The translations under genes and the position numbers were made by a program. Positions 50,416 through 60,231 of a stretch of 64,000 nucleotides of DNA are shown one piece after another. Each line of letters starts with the position of its first letter. The stretch's first letter is position 1. Below the pieces are notes generated by a model. The model did not search any database, was not told where the DNA came from, and was given only the letters and a program-made list of their open reading frames with translations. The DNA comes from an uncultured Gemmatimonadales bacterium (lineage in GTDB: Bacteria; Gemmatimonadota; Gemmatimonadetes; Gemmatimonadales; Gemmatimonadaceae). The stretch spans positions 352,001 through 416,000 of the forward strand of contig CAVPQB010000006.1 of the NCBI GenBank assembly GCA_963707505.1, given 5' to 3'.

Positions 50416-51720
50416 CTACCGAACGGTGATCTCCTGCAGCGCCTCGCGTGCGCGTGCGTCCTGTGTACGTGAAAGCGATGCAATCGCCCGCCGGCGTAGC
50501 GTGTAATTACTGTCGCTCTTCGCGATCGATATGAGCTTGTCGACAGACGCGCGGTCGTTGCCCTCGCCGTAGATGCGGATCAATGCTTCCTTGAGAGCTG
50601 GGTCATCCATGCTGTCATAAAGCGCAATCGTCTGGGCACGGCCGCTGGTGCTTCGTGCGGCGAGATCCAGCGCGCGACGGCGCGTCTCCGGAGACATCTG
50701 TGAGTTGCGCGCAACGCCGAGCAACCACTGGGTATCGGTAGTGGTTCCGCGCTGGCCGATCACCTCGAGCACTGCCGTACGCGCACGGTCACTCGTCATC
50801 GTTCCGAACGAGCTGCGCAGCAGGTCGATGTCCTTACCAGTTGCCTCGCTGCCACCGAGCCCACGCACGGCAGCGGCAAGCGTTGCGTCGGAGATATCGC
50901 TGCGCGTTACTTCCTTACGTAGAAATTCGCGCGCGCGAGGATCGCCAGACTGCGAGAGCGCCCGCACGCTTTCCTCGCCGATCCACGACGCCGAATTCTC
51001 TGTCGCCAACTGAACCAGAGACGGAACGCCGGCGCCGTGGCCCACCCGGCCGAGCATGTTGAGCGCGGAGCGGCGCAGTGACTGGGTCTCGTTCTCGTCA
51101 CGTGATATGCGTAACAGCAGGTCGGTTACCTGCGCAGTCGGCGCCCTGGAGTCGCTGCCATCGTCGCGCGCGAGCCACGAGAGCGCGGCGCGGCGTGTAT
51201 CCGATGGACGGTTCTGGTCGCGCGCGATGGCGACGAGACCAGGCGTAATATCGACGCCATCGGCAATAGCAGCGGGCAGAATCGCCTGCCGGCTTGCCCG
51301 GCCATCGGTATTCGTCGCAAGCGACATCAGATAGTCCGAGGCCTCGCGACCGGAAACCGTACCAAGATCGGTAGCTCCTTCCGCAGTGTGCAATGGACCG
51401 GCAACCGTCTGGATGTTCGTAACTACGCCATCTGCACGATCGATCACTACACGAACCGGTCCGGCGGCGCACGGTTGACTCGCGACGCCGTTGATGACGT
51501 TCACCTGGCCATAATACGATGATCCGGCGCCCGTCGAGAGAAATGCCTGCCCATCACCGCATACATCGGAACGACCTGCAAATTCGAACTGCACACGTGT
51601 CGCCGAGCTCGCATTGATGCGCGACGTGAGCGACTGTGCTCCGAGCGTGCTCGGCGCGCCGGTGAACGAAACGGCGAGTGCGAGTGCGCCAGCTCCGATG
51701 AGGAATCCATGTGTCTTCAT
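50416..51720 (-). CDS. Exported HEAT-repeat protein
   Basis: Signal peptide; N-terminal Cys pair domain; repeated RR.AL..L HEAT-like helices. Confidence 0.82.
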   Translation of the reverse strand: MKTHGFLIGAGALALAVSFTGAPSTLGAQSLTSRINASSATRVQFEFAGRSDVCGDGQAFLSTGAGSSYYGQVNVINGVASQPCAAGPVRVVIDRADGVVTNIQTVAGPLHTAEGATDLGTVSGREASDYLMSLATNTDGRASRQAILPAAIADGVDITPGLVAIARDQNRPSDTRRAALSWLARDDGSDSRAPTAQVTDLLLRISRDENETQSLRRSALNMLGRVGHGAGVPSLVQLATENSASWIGEESVRALSQSGDPRAREFLRKEVTRSDISDATLAAAVRGLGGSEATGKDIDLLRSSFGTMTSDRARTAVLEVIGQRGTTTDTQWLLGVARNSQMSPETRRRALDLAARSTSGRAQTIALYDSMDDPALKEALIRIYGEGNDRASVDKLISIAKSDSNYTLRRRAIASLSRTQDARAREALQEITVR

Positions 51721-53207
51721 TTGTCGATGATGTCGAGGAGGAGTTTGGTGATACGCGGATCCTTCTTGCGTGACAGAGCGGATATTGCCTGCCGGCGCAT
51801 GCTCGGGTCGGTGCTCGTGCGCGCGATATCGATGAGCTTGTCAGCGGCTTGCGGTTCCGGCCGCTGGTCCAGGAGCGAGATGATTTCCTCACGGGTGGAT
51901 CTGTCGGCGGAGGCATCGTACATCTTGATCAGGTCGGAGACCTGTAGATCGTTCTTGCCTGCATAATGAAGTGCGGTGATACGCACGTCGTTCGACACGT
52001 CGGTGCGTGTCATGAGACTGCGGATTGCCTGGGTCGATGCAGGCGACTGTTGGGCGGCGAGTGCGCGCACGGCAATTCGCTGAAGCGGAGCCTTATCGGT
52101 AGACGTCGCGAATCCCAGGAGCGCTGTCGTAGCGCGATCGTCTGGCGCGCGGCCGAGCAGACGGATCGCTTCCGCGCGAACTTCCAGTGATGGGTCGTTC
52201 CTGGCGGTGCTGATCAACAGATCGGTGTTGTGGGTGTCATTCGAGCGTGCGATCAGTCCGAGCGCGCCGCGACGAAGGGGCGCCGAGCATGTGTCGCGGC
52301 GCGCAAGCACCTTCGCGATGGCCGGATCGGCGTTCTTCGGATCCATCTGGACGAGTGCGTTCAGCGCCTCCACGCGCAGTTGCGCATCTTCTTCATCGCA
52401 CGATGTTGCGCTCGAATCAGCCGTTCGCGCGATCTGTGCGGCGGCAGCTGCATCGCCGCGTGCCGCGAGCGCGCCACGAATTCGAGTTGCCAGCACCGCG
52501 GATTCCCTATCTGACGACCTTCCCCAGTCCACGTACAACATCTTCGCGCGTGCGCCATCCGGGCCGCCGTCCGGGGCGATCATGGTCATTTTCATTTCGC
52601 TCGCTCGCGCGCGCGCCTTTTCAGACGCAGTCGCGGTACGCGTTCCAGCGGAATCGAGCGCCTGCAGCGCTTCGTGCAGATCAGCGATGCCGCCGATGCG
52701 ATAGAGCGCGAATGCACGCCAGTACGCGGCGTCCGCACGGTACTGTGACGTTGGGTACTGGCGCGTGATCTGCGCGAACAATTGAGCGGCTCGGCGATAT
52801 TCACCCGAGTTGAGAGTCTGGCGCGCGAGGCGATAGAGTGAATCGGCTGGATCATCCGCGGCCCAGGATGCGCGCGGGGACTGGGGCAATCCACCGAACG
52901 CGCGCGGCGTGTAGTCGAAGTCAAATTCAAAATCAGGAACCAGCGTCTTGAGCGTCGCCGCCATGGGCGCGAGTTTCGCCCTGACCATCCATGCATCGTC
53001 CGCCGCAATGCGGGCAGCCGAAGCCGCCAGGGCGCGAGGCATGTCGGTGTCGATGCGGTCGAACTCCCTGAAATCATCGAGTCTCTCGAGCGGCAATACG
53101 TCCAGCTGCGGTGCCGGAGCGATCGCAGGGGCGGGGGTCTGTGCTGGAGCGGCCGACGCAAGGAGCGACATGGCCGAAGTTATCGAGACGAGTGTGTAGA
53201 TGCGCAT
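51717..53207 (-). CDS. Exported TPR + HEAT-repeat protein
   Basis: Signal peptide MRIYTLVS...ASA; DPADSLYR.AR..L...Y..AA..F...YP.S.Y..DA.YW (BamD/TPR-like); C-terminal HEAT repeats. Confidence 0.82.
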   Translation of the reverse strand: MRIYTLVSITSAMSLLASAAPAQTPAPAIAPAPQLDVLPLERLDDFREFDRIDTDMPRALAASAARIAADDAWMVRAKLAPMAATLKTLVPDFEFDFDYTPRAFGGLPQSPRASWAADDPADSLYRLARQTLNSGEYRRAAQLFAQITRQYPTSQYRADAAYWRAFALYRIGGIADLHEALQALDSAGTRTATASEKARARASEMKMTMIAPDGGPDGARAKMLYVDWGRSSDRESAVLATRIRGALAARGDAAAAAQIARTADSSATSCDEEDAQLRVEALNALVQMDPKNADPAIAKVLARRDTCSAPLRRGALGLIARSNDTHNTDLLISTARNDPSLEVRAEAIRLLGRAPDDRATTALLGFATSTDKAPLQRIAVRALAAQQSPASTQAIRSLMTRTDVSNDVRITALHYAGKNDLQVSDLIKMYDASADRSTREEIISLLDQRPEPQAADKLIDIARTSTDPSMRRQAISALSRKKDPRITKLLLDIIDK

Positions 53208-53220
53208 GTTCGGTGAATCC

Positions 53221-54040
53221 TCAGTCAGTGATGCTTGCTTCGATCGTCGCGTCATGGACGCGCGGAAGTACGTCGTGGGCGGTGAGTGTCTGATGTATCA
53301 ATTGGAGATCCGTTCCATTACGCTGGCCGCGTAGACGCGCGACTTGCGCCAGCACCAGCTCGAGATCTTCCAGAAGTCTGTGTAGTGTTGGGTCGCTGCC
53401 AGCCTTTGAATCGAGAAGCAGATGCGTCTGGGTAAGCAATTCGCCGGCGCGCGTCGCTACTGCCGTGTCGGACTCGGTCGCCACGCGGTCGGATGGTAGC
53501 GATGCGAGCAGTACCGTGGTCTGCGCGAGGTATCGGCTCATCTCCGACCCGCTGCCGGCATCGTCGAACCGAGATGCGAGTGCGCGCCGCGGTCAGATCC
53601 CGCGAGTCAGCTGTTGCGACTGAACGCACATTCTGTATCTGTGCATTTGCCCGAGGCGGAATCGTGCTTGCGACACTCTTCGCGCTTTCCGTGTTCGACG
53701 GGGTCGCTTCCGCGGATGCGGTACGTTGTGTCGCTGGAGTTGTAGCGGCTGGTGAAGCAACGAGCTGCGTTACGACGTTGCGCGGTGCCGCGTACCAGCC
53801 CAGGCCAACACCGAATACGAGGGCGGCCGCTGCAGCGAGCGTGGGGATGAGCCAACGTGATGCGCGAGTGTGCAGAACGAGCGCCGGTCTCGCGTCGCCG
53901 AAAACCCGTTCCTCGATCTGTATCCACATTGCGTCGAGCGGCGGCTCAGGTGGTCGTCGTGATGCGGCGAGTGTCTGCCTGATCGTCTCATTCATACGTT
54001 CCTCTTCCATCGATGCCCTCTCTCCATCCCTGGACGTCAT
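53221..54040 (-). CDS. Putative single-pass anti-sigma factor, apparent frameshift ~53565
   Basis: Immediately after the ECF gene (4-nt overlap); PP.DAMW..I motif, TM LAAAAALVFGVGLGW; helical C-terminal part (LLEDLELVLAQV) in the 53221-53541 frame. Confidence 0.7.
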
Positions 54041-54570
54041 TGGTCCCTCAAAGCCGTCAGCGTGTCACGCAACTTTGCGCGTGCGTGAGCAACACGTGTC
54101 TTGGACGTTCCTTCGGCAATCGACAACACATCCGCGATTGCAGCGTGTGTGTAGCCTTCCAGATCGTGCATGATGAGCGGCGTGCGATACATCTCCGGCA
54201 GTTCATCCACCGCACGTTCAAGGCGGCTCGCCAGCTCGGCGTCATGCGTGTCATCTCCAGCCGCAACGTCGCGCGCTTCTTCCATATCCACGAAGCGAGC
54301 CGACCGCCGGCGTTGGCTTCTCAATGCCTGCAGCACGACGGACACGGCGATTCGATGAACCCACGTCCCGAACGCTGCTTCCTGCCGGAATCCGTTCAGC
54401 TTCGAGAACGCACGAACGAACGTGTCCTGAGTGCACTCCCTTGCCATATCCTCGTCGCACGTCATGCGATACGCCAACCGATAAACTCTCGAGGCATGAG
54501 CGTCGTACAGCTCGCGGCCGGCCAGCCGGTCGCCTTCCAGCACCCGTGCGATCAGGTGCGCTTCACTCAT
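54037..54570 (-). CDS. ECF RNA polymerase sigma factor
   Basis: Region 2 (A.ECTQDTFVRAF, F.TWVHRIA) and region 4 (LPEMYR...LEGYTH..IA..L.I..GT.KTRV..AR). Confidence 0.93.
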   Translation of the reverse strand: MSEAHLIARVLEGDRLAGRELYDAHASRVYRLAYRMTCDEDMARECTQDTFVRAFSKLNGFRQEAAFGTWVHRIAVSVVLQALRSQRRRSARFVDMEEARDVAAGDDTHDAELASRLERAVDELPEMYRTPLIMHDLEGYTHAAIADVLSIAEGTSKTRVAHARAKLRDTLTALRDQ

Positions 54571-54739
54571 GCGCCGCTACCGCTGGATGGTGATACTGGA
54601 AGGCTCCCAAGGTTTCAGTGGTCGTCGGCCCCCAATCTCGGCGGACTGAGGGTTGGATGCCGGCCATCAGCAAAGCGTTCACTGAGGGTTTCTCCGGGGC
54701 AAGTCCGGCTTGGCGCTGTATCTTACTCGCACTCCAATC

Positions 54740-57226
54740 GTGCCGCCAAAACCACTCGTACTCGCACTATCCGCCGTCGCGCTATGCGGCGCTGTCTATA
54801 CCGGCATACGTCCGATCGGACCACTCCCACCTCTGGGTGGATTACTCGATCCTGTAAGCGGAGTCTGGCGTGCTGCCGGTAATGCGGTCCTGCCGCGAAA
54901 TGCGACCGTCGGGATTCCCGGTCTCGCGGGCGCGGTCGACGTTCGCTATGACGACCGGGGCGTTCCCCACATATTCGCGACCACCGAAGAAGACGCCTAC
55001 CGCGCACTCGGGTACGTGGTGGCGCGGGACCGTCTGTTTCAGCTCGACATCCAGACCCGCGCGGCATCGGGGCGACTTACGGAGCTGGTCGGGGCGCGCG
55101 CACTGGAGCTGGATGAATCACCGCGTTTACTCGGAATGCCGCGCGCCGCCGAGCAAAAACTCGCGGCTGTCGACCCGAACAGCGAATCGCGCAGAATCCT
55201 GGATGCGTACGCCGGCGGAGTGAACGCATACATCGACTCCCTCAAACCGCGCGACTACCCTATAGAGTACAAGCTGCTCAACGCAAAGCCTGAGCGTTGG
55301 CACTCGATCAACTCGATTCACCTGCTCAACAGGATGGGATGGACACTCGCATCGGGCGATCCGGATCACATGCTGGTGCGCGCAGCCGCACTCGTCGGTG
55401 ACAGCGCCGCGCGATCGGTATTTCCTCAGCACACTCCCATCGAAGAGCCGATCCAGCCACAGCCGAGCTGGACAGCGCCCCACGATCGTTTCGAGACGAT
55501 CATCGCTCCGGGAAGGCCGGACAGTAACGCGATCGCGTTGTCGTCGTTGTATCGGCGTTTTCGGACCAGTGATCCAAGCGCAGAATCGCAGCCCGCGTTC
55601 GCGAGCAACAACTGGGCGGTGTCGCCTGCCCGCACGCGAGACGGATACGCGCTGCTGGCTGGTGATCCCCATCTGGAGCTGACGCTTCCAAGCATCTGGT
55701 ACGAAGTTCACCTCGTCGTGCCGGGAAAGCTCGACGTTTATGGAGTTACGATTCCCGGCGCGCCAGCGGTCGTGATTGGATTCAACCGCGACGTTTCGTG
55801 GACCTTCACGAACACAGCTGCGGACGTAATGGATTTCTATCGCGAGACCGTCGACGATTCCGTCAATCCGGCAAGATACAAACTCGATGGACAGTGGCGT
55901 CCACTCTCGCAACGCGTCGAGCAGTATCGCGATCAGTCAGGGCGTGTGATTCACACCGATACGGTGCGCTACACACATCGCGGACCGATGACGAACGAGC
56001 ACGGCCACTGGGTGTCGATGCGCTGGACAGTGCTCGAGCCGTCCAACGAGCTTCAGGCGTTGTATGACGCGTCACACGCACGCACTACGCACGAATTTCA
56101 GGACGTGGTATCGCGCAGCTTTCTTGCGCCCGCGCAGAACATGCTCGTTGCCGATCGCAACGGCTCGATCGCGATTCGCTCGACCGGTCATTTTCCGATT
56201 CGAGCCGGTGACGGAGATGGCGAGACGATCCGCGACGGCTCCACGAGTGCGAGCGACTGGCGCGGATTCTGGCCGATCGACAGGTATCCGCAGTCGTTCG
56301 ACCCGAAGCAGGGTTTTCTTGCATCCGCGAATCAGGAACCGGAAGCTCCTGAAGCCGAGTTCGGATATCTTGGTACAGATCACGGATACGAGGTGTGGCG
56401 CGCGCTCCGCATCAATCAACTGCTGCGCGCAAATTCGCACGTGACGCCAGACGACATGATTCGCTGGCAGACGGATCCCGGTAGCACACGCGCCGATCGC
56501 TTCGTTCCCTATTTCATCGCCGCGGCGAAGACAGAGCGCGATCGCGGACGAAGCAACGCGGCGCTCGATTCTGCAGCGATGCTTTTGGCACAATGGGATC
56601 GCACCTACGCACTGGACAATCAGCGCGCGGTCCTGTTCGAGGCCGCGATGCGTGAGTTGTCCGACCGAACCTGGGATGAGCTGAATCAAAATGGCGTGCG
56701 TGTCGCGACGCCGAGTACCGCCGTGCTCGCGGAGCTGATGACACAACCATCCAACGCGTGGTGGGATGACCGACGGACGCGGAGCGTTGTAGAGGACCGG
56801 GATGACATCCTGGCGCAAAGTCTCATCGCCGCGTACGACAGTATTACGAAGGAATACGGCGCTCCGAATGCAGGCGGCTGGCGCTGGGACAAAATTCGAT
56901 TCACGAACATCTATCATCTCCTTCATATTCCTGCGTTCTCCGCGCTTCGTATCCCGGTTCCCGGTGGAACTGGAACGCTCACTCCATCGACGGGAACGGG
57001 ACATTACGGCCCGAGCTGGAGAATGGTCGTGGAGATGGGACCTGAAGTTCACGCGTGGGGCACGTTTCCCGGCGGGCAGAGTGGCAATCCAATGAGCCCA
57101 AGGTACAGAGATCATCTCGCATTCTGGGAGCGCGGCAAGCTTCAGCCGCTGATATTCCCGCGTACGAGCGCGGAGCTTCCAATTAACGCGACAAGCGCAA
57201 CGCTCGACTTGAGGCCGATGAAGTGA
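54740..57226 (+). CDS. Penicillin acylase family (S45 Ntn-hydrolase)
   Basis: D.RGVPHI, ARDRLFQ, catalytic SNNWAV, DPHL, PSIWYE, SANQ, PGGQSGNP.S. Confidence 0.93.
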   Translation: MPPKPLVLALSAVALCGAVYTGIRPIGPLPPLGGLLDPVSGVWRAAGNAVLPRNATVGIPGLAGAVDVRYDDRGVPHIFATTEEDAYRALGYVVARDRLFQLDIQTRAASGRLTELVGARALELDESPRLLGMPRAAEQKLAAVDPNSESRRILDAYAGGVNAYIDSLKPRDYPIEYKLLNAKPERWHSINSIHLLNRMGWTLASGDPDHMLVRAAALVGDSAARSVFPQHTPIEEPIQPQPSWTAPHDRFETIIAPGRPDSNAIALSSLYRRFRTSDPSAESQPAFASNNWAVSPARTRDGYALLAGDPHLELTLPSIWYEVHLVVPGKLDVYGVTIPGAPAVVIGFNRDVSWTFTNTAADVMDFYRETVDDSVNPARYKLDGQWRPLSQRVEQYRDQSGRVIHTDTVRYTHRGPMTNEHGHWVSMRWTVLEPSNELQALYDASHARTTHEFQDVVSRSFLAPAQNMLVADRNGSIAIRSTGHFPIRAGDGDGETIRDGSTSASDWRGFWPIDRYPQSFDPKQGFLASANQEPEAPEAEFGYLGTDHGYEVWRALRINQLLRANSHVTPDDMIRWQTDPGSTRADRFVPYFIAAAKTERDRGRSNAALDSAAMLLAQWDRTYALDNQRAVLFEAAMRELSDRTWDELNQNGVRVATPSTAVLAELMTQPSNAWWDDRRTRSVVEDRDDILAQSLIAAYDSITKEYGAPNAGGWRWDKIRFTNIYHLLHIPAFSALRIPVPGGTGTLTPSTGTGHYGPSWRMVVEMGPEVHAWGTFPGGQSGNPMSPRYRDHLAFWERGKLQPLIFPRTSAELPINATSATLDLRPMK

Positions 57227-57571
57227 TCGTGCTGCGATATGTGGCTCGCGTTGCGATTGTCGCATCGATCTGTGCACTCGCGACGGTGTCGTTCGGATGG
57301 ATGAGCTCTACCCGTCGTAGGTCTCGTCTACAGCATCATCGACAGACGCATGCGCGCGCGCGGAACCATCGCGGCACTCGGCGCCGCACTCGGCTGGCTT
57401 GCGATACTTGGCGCAGAAGCCGCGCGAGGGGCCGACGTGCGCATGGTAGCCGTCGAGGTCGGCTCGGTGATGCAGCTACCTGCATTCGCTTTCGTGCTCG
57501 TCACGCTCGCGTTCGCCGCCGTGCTTTGTGGGGCGGCGGCGGTGCTGGGCTCGGCGATCGCACGCGCCTGA
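57223..57571 (+). CDS. Small membrane protein, apparent frameshift ~57305-57330
   Basis: Hydrophobic N-terminus (57223 frame) continues as hydrophobic helices in the 57350-57571 frame; start overlaps the acylase stop. Confidence 0.55.
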
Positions 57572-57779
57572 CTGATGGACAGAGTTTTCTCGAAGAACTG
57601 TACGATCGTTGCATCGAGCGTTGCGTGCATCGATGATCGGGAGAAGCCAGACGGATCAGTGCATATTTCCGGCACGACCCGGGCCAGGGACGAACGAGGC
57701 GGTCGTTGCGGTGACCGAGCGGTGACCGACGCCGTGGACCATCCGCAGACGAGCCGATGTAGTTCCGTACACCACGATG

Positions 57780-57815
57780 ATGAGCTTCGTGGCACTTGTG
57801 TGCCACGAAGCTCAT
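57780..57815. other. Perfect 16-bp hairpin
   Basis: ATGAGCTTCGTGGCAC-TTGT-GTGCCACGAAGCTCAT, downstream of the lmo0937-like gene; no U-tract. Confidence 0.8.
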
Positions 57816-57843
57816 ATGTGTCTGGCTATGGCATTACATGCCT

Positions 57844-57996
57844 CTACACGCGCATGCCGCGTCCGGTGAGGAAGTGCCAGAGGACCGCGATGATCGCGAG
57901 CACCAGCAGGATGTGAATCAGTACGCCGACAGCAGGGAAGATGAAAAACCCCACGGCCCATAACACCAGCAGCACGAGCGCGACCATCAGAAACAT
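57844..57996 (-). CDS. lmo0937-family (DUF5670-like) 50-aa membrane protein
   Basis: MFLMVALVLLVLWAVGFFIFPAVGVLIHILLVLAIIAVLWHFLTGRGMRV; LW..G and LIH.LLV.A motifs; GGGGA RBS; below ORF-track cutoff. Confidence 0.85.
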   Translation of the reverse strand: MFLMVALVLLVLWAVGFFIFPAVGVLIHILLVLAIIAVLWHFLTGRGMRV

Positions 57997-58109
57997 GTCA
58001 TCCCCCGGATGTCACGAAAAGCAGGGGTGAATGTAAGACTGACTGCCCCGGAAGGCGCGTTAAGGACGCAATAAGAATCCGCGTCCTGCCCACGCTTCCC
58101 AGTCGTGTG

Positions 58110-59471
58110 TTACTTGCCTTCTACTTTAGCGAACGCTTGATCAAATACTTCGAGCGCGAAGTCGACGTCGTCCGCTGTGATGCACATGGGTGGCTTGATC
58201 CGGAGCGTGTTGCCATCCAGGCCGCCCTTGCCGATCAACACACCGAGCTCACGTGTCGCTTCGAGGATCTCGACCGTTTCAGCCTTCGCTGGCTCTTTGG
58301 TCCCACGATCGCGAACGAGCTCGACACCGAGCATGAGTCCCATTCCGCGTACGTTGCCGATCAGCTCGTGTGACTCCTGCAGCCGCTCGAGTCCCTTCTT
58401 GAGGCGCGCACCGATGACGCGCGAGTTCTCCTGAAGGCCGTCCTCGTCTATGATGTCCATCGCCGCCAGTCCAGCGGCCATCGACACTGGATTTCCGCCG
58501 AAGGTGTTGAAGTGAATGCGTTGCGACAGCGTTTGCGCTATGTCCATTCGCGTCGTCACCGCGCCGATTGGTGCGCCGTTGCCAAGTCCCTTGGCCATGG
58601 TTACGAAGTCCGGAACCACATCGAAGTTCTGGAATCCCCAGTAGTGATCGCCCGTGCGGCCGAATCCTGTCTGCACTTCATCGGCGATGCAGAGACCACC
58701 AGCCTCACGCACGATCGCGTACGCTTCCTTCAGATAATTCGGCGCACCGTGCGTCGCTCCTCCAACTCCCTGGATCGGCTCGGCGAGAAATGCAGCAACC
58801 TTTCCGGGCGTGGAGTATCTGATGAGATCGCGTATGTCGCGTGCGCTCATCGTCGCGATCTCTTCCGGCGTTCCAGTGAACGGGCTCCTGTATGGATGCG
58901 GGTTGATCGCGTGGTGCACGTGTCCTTCACCCGACACGGGAAACTTCCAGGTGCTGTGTGAAGTAAGGCCCTGGCCCGTTGGACTTCCGCCGTGATAACC
59001 ATTGCGCACCGCGATGATGTCGTTGTTTCCTGTGAACAGACGCGCCATCGTAATCGCCAGCTCATTCGCCTCGGTTCCGTCATTGACGAAGTACGTGACG
59101 TCGAGACCAGCCGGCATCTTGGATGCAAGCTTCTTCGCGAGCTGCGCGAAGTTGGGATGCAGATACATCGTGGTTGCATGCTGCAGCGTTCCGACCTGCT
59201 CCTGAACGCGTCGCACGAACTCCGGATGCGAGTGACCGCATGAAACGGTGACGATGCCGGCGAACATGTCGAGATATCGTCTGCCTGTCTCGTCGTACAG
59301 GTACTGCATGAATCCTTCGACGATGAGCAGCGGATCGTGATACGTGGTGAAGATCGCCGGATTGGTGTAGCGCCGCCGCATCTCCAGGATCGCCTCACGG
59401 GTCGGGCCTGTGTACGGACGCGGCGTATGGTTCACTGGCGGCATGTCGAGCCGCGGTGCAATCGTGGTCAC
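58110..59471 (-). CDS. Class III aminotransferase (alanine-glyoxylate aminotransferase 2-like)
   Basis: YLDMFAGI, GTEANE, YHGG, AEPIQGVGG, DEVQTGFGRTG, MAKGLGNG, NTFGGNP. Confidence 0.93.
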   Translation of the reverse strand: MTTIAPRLDMPPVNHTPRPYTGPTREAILEMRRRYTNPAIFTTYHDPLLIVEGFMQYLYDETGRRYLDMFAGIVTVSCGHSHPEFVRRVQEQVGTLQHATTMYLHPNFAQLAKKLASKMPAGLDVTYFVNDGTEANELAITMARLFTGNNDIIAVRNGYHGGSPTGQGLTSHSTWKFPVSGEGHVHHAINPHPYRSPFTGTPEEIATMSARDIRDLIRYSTPGKVAAFLAEPIQGVGGATHGAPNYLKEAYAIVREAGGLCIADEVQTGFGRTGDHYWGFQNFDVVPDFVTMAKGLGNGAPIGAVTTRMDIAQTLSQRIHFNTFGGNPVSMAAGLAAMDIIDEDGLQENSRVIGARLKKGLERLQESHELIGNVRGMGLMLGVELVRDRGTKEPAKAETVEILEATRELGVLIGKGGLDGNTLRIKPPMCITADDVDFALEVFDQAFAKVEGK

Positions 59472-59830
59472 CTGCTGAACTCCTTGATGTTGTTTCTGCG
59501 GCGCGGACAGATACCTCGTCCGCCGGTCGCCGAGCTAGCGTGGCCGGCGCTGTTTTCCACACTCAATAATGTACGATCCGTCGTCTGGAGCGAACCGGAC
59601 CCGCGGCGGCCCGTCCCTCGATACCCGCTCCGTACTGTGGCGCACGAACGGTCGCGAGCTGACTCACGCTGCAGCGGGTTGGCGGCGATTTGATCGAGCG
59701 GCCGAATTTTTGACCTGTGAGTGCTCCTTTCCCCTTGGCTGGCCGATACTGGTTTCAGAGTTGGGTTTTCAGAGGTGCCTGGCGTGGTGGGGATGGAGCT
59801 CGCAAGTCTCTGCGTTCGGAGGAAGAGGGG

Positions 59831-60190
59831 ATGACACTGGATACGTTCGTGGGGTTCGTCGCAGACCATTGGGTGATCCTGGGCCTGATACTTTGCCCGA
59901 TCGTGATCGTGCTGATGGCGCTCGCTGCGCTGTCGTGCGAGGCCTGTGGCGCCCCGTTTGGAATCTTCCGCCGGCGCAGCCGAACAATAGATCTGTGCCT
60001 GCGTTGCGCGTTGATTCACGACATCAGGCATGCGGGCGGAGCGCGCGACTCGCGGGCGATGCGGGAAGCAGCGAGCGCTGCCGGGCCATCTCAGGCAGCG
60101 CCGGACCGCGATGTGACGCGCGAGGATCGCCGTTCGAGGGCAACTCCGCCGACCGGCCTCGGTGTCGCGGGGCACGCGGGGACACGCTAA
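59831..60190 (+). CDS. Small membrane-anchored protein with CxxC...CxxC motif
   Basis: GAGGGG RBS; TM segment followed by CEAC...CLRC. Confidence 0.5.
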   Translation: MTLDTFVGFVADHWVILGLILCPIVIVLMALAALSCEACGAPFGIFRRRSRTIDLCLRCALIHDIRHAGGARDSRAMREAASAAGPSQAAPDRDVTREDRRSRATPPTGLGVAGHAGTR

Positions 60191-60231
60191 GGAACGACCG
60201 CGGCTCGTCGAACCCGGCTTTTCCTATATCA

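Noticed and set aside
59472..59830. Possible riboswitch upstream of the class III aminotransferase
   Set aside because: No recognisable glycine/SAM/TPP/cobalamin consensus by eye; an Rfam scan would be needed.
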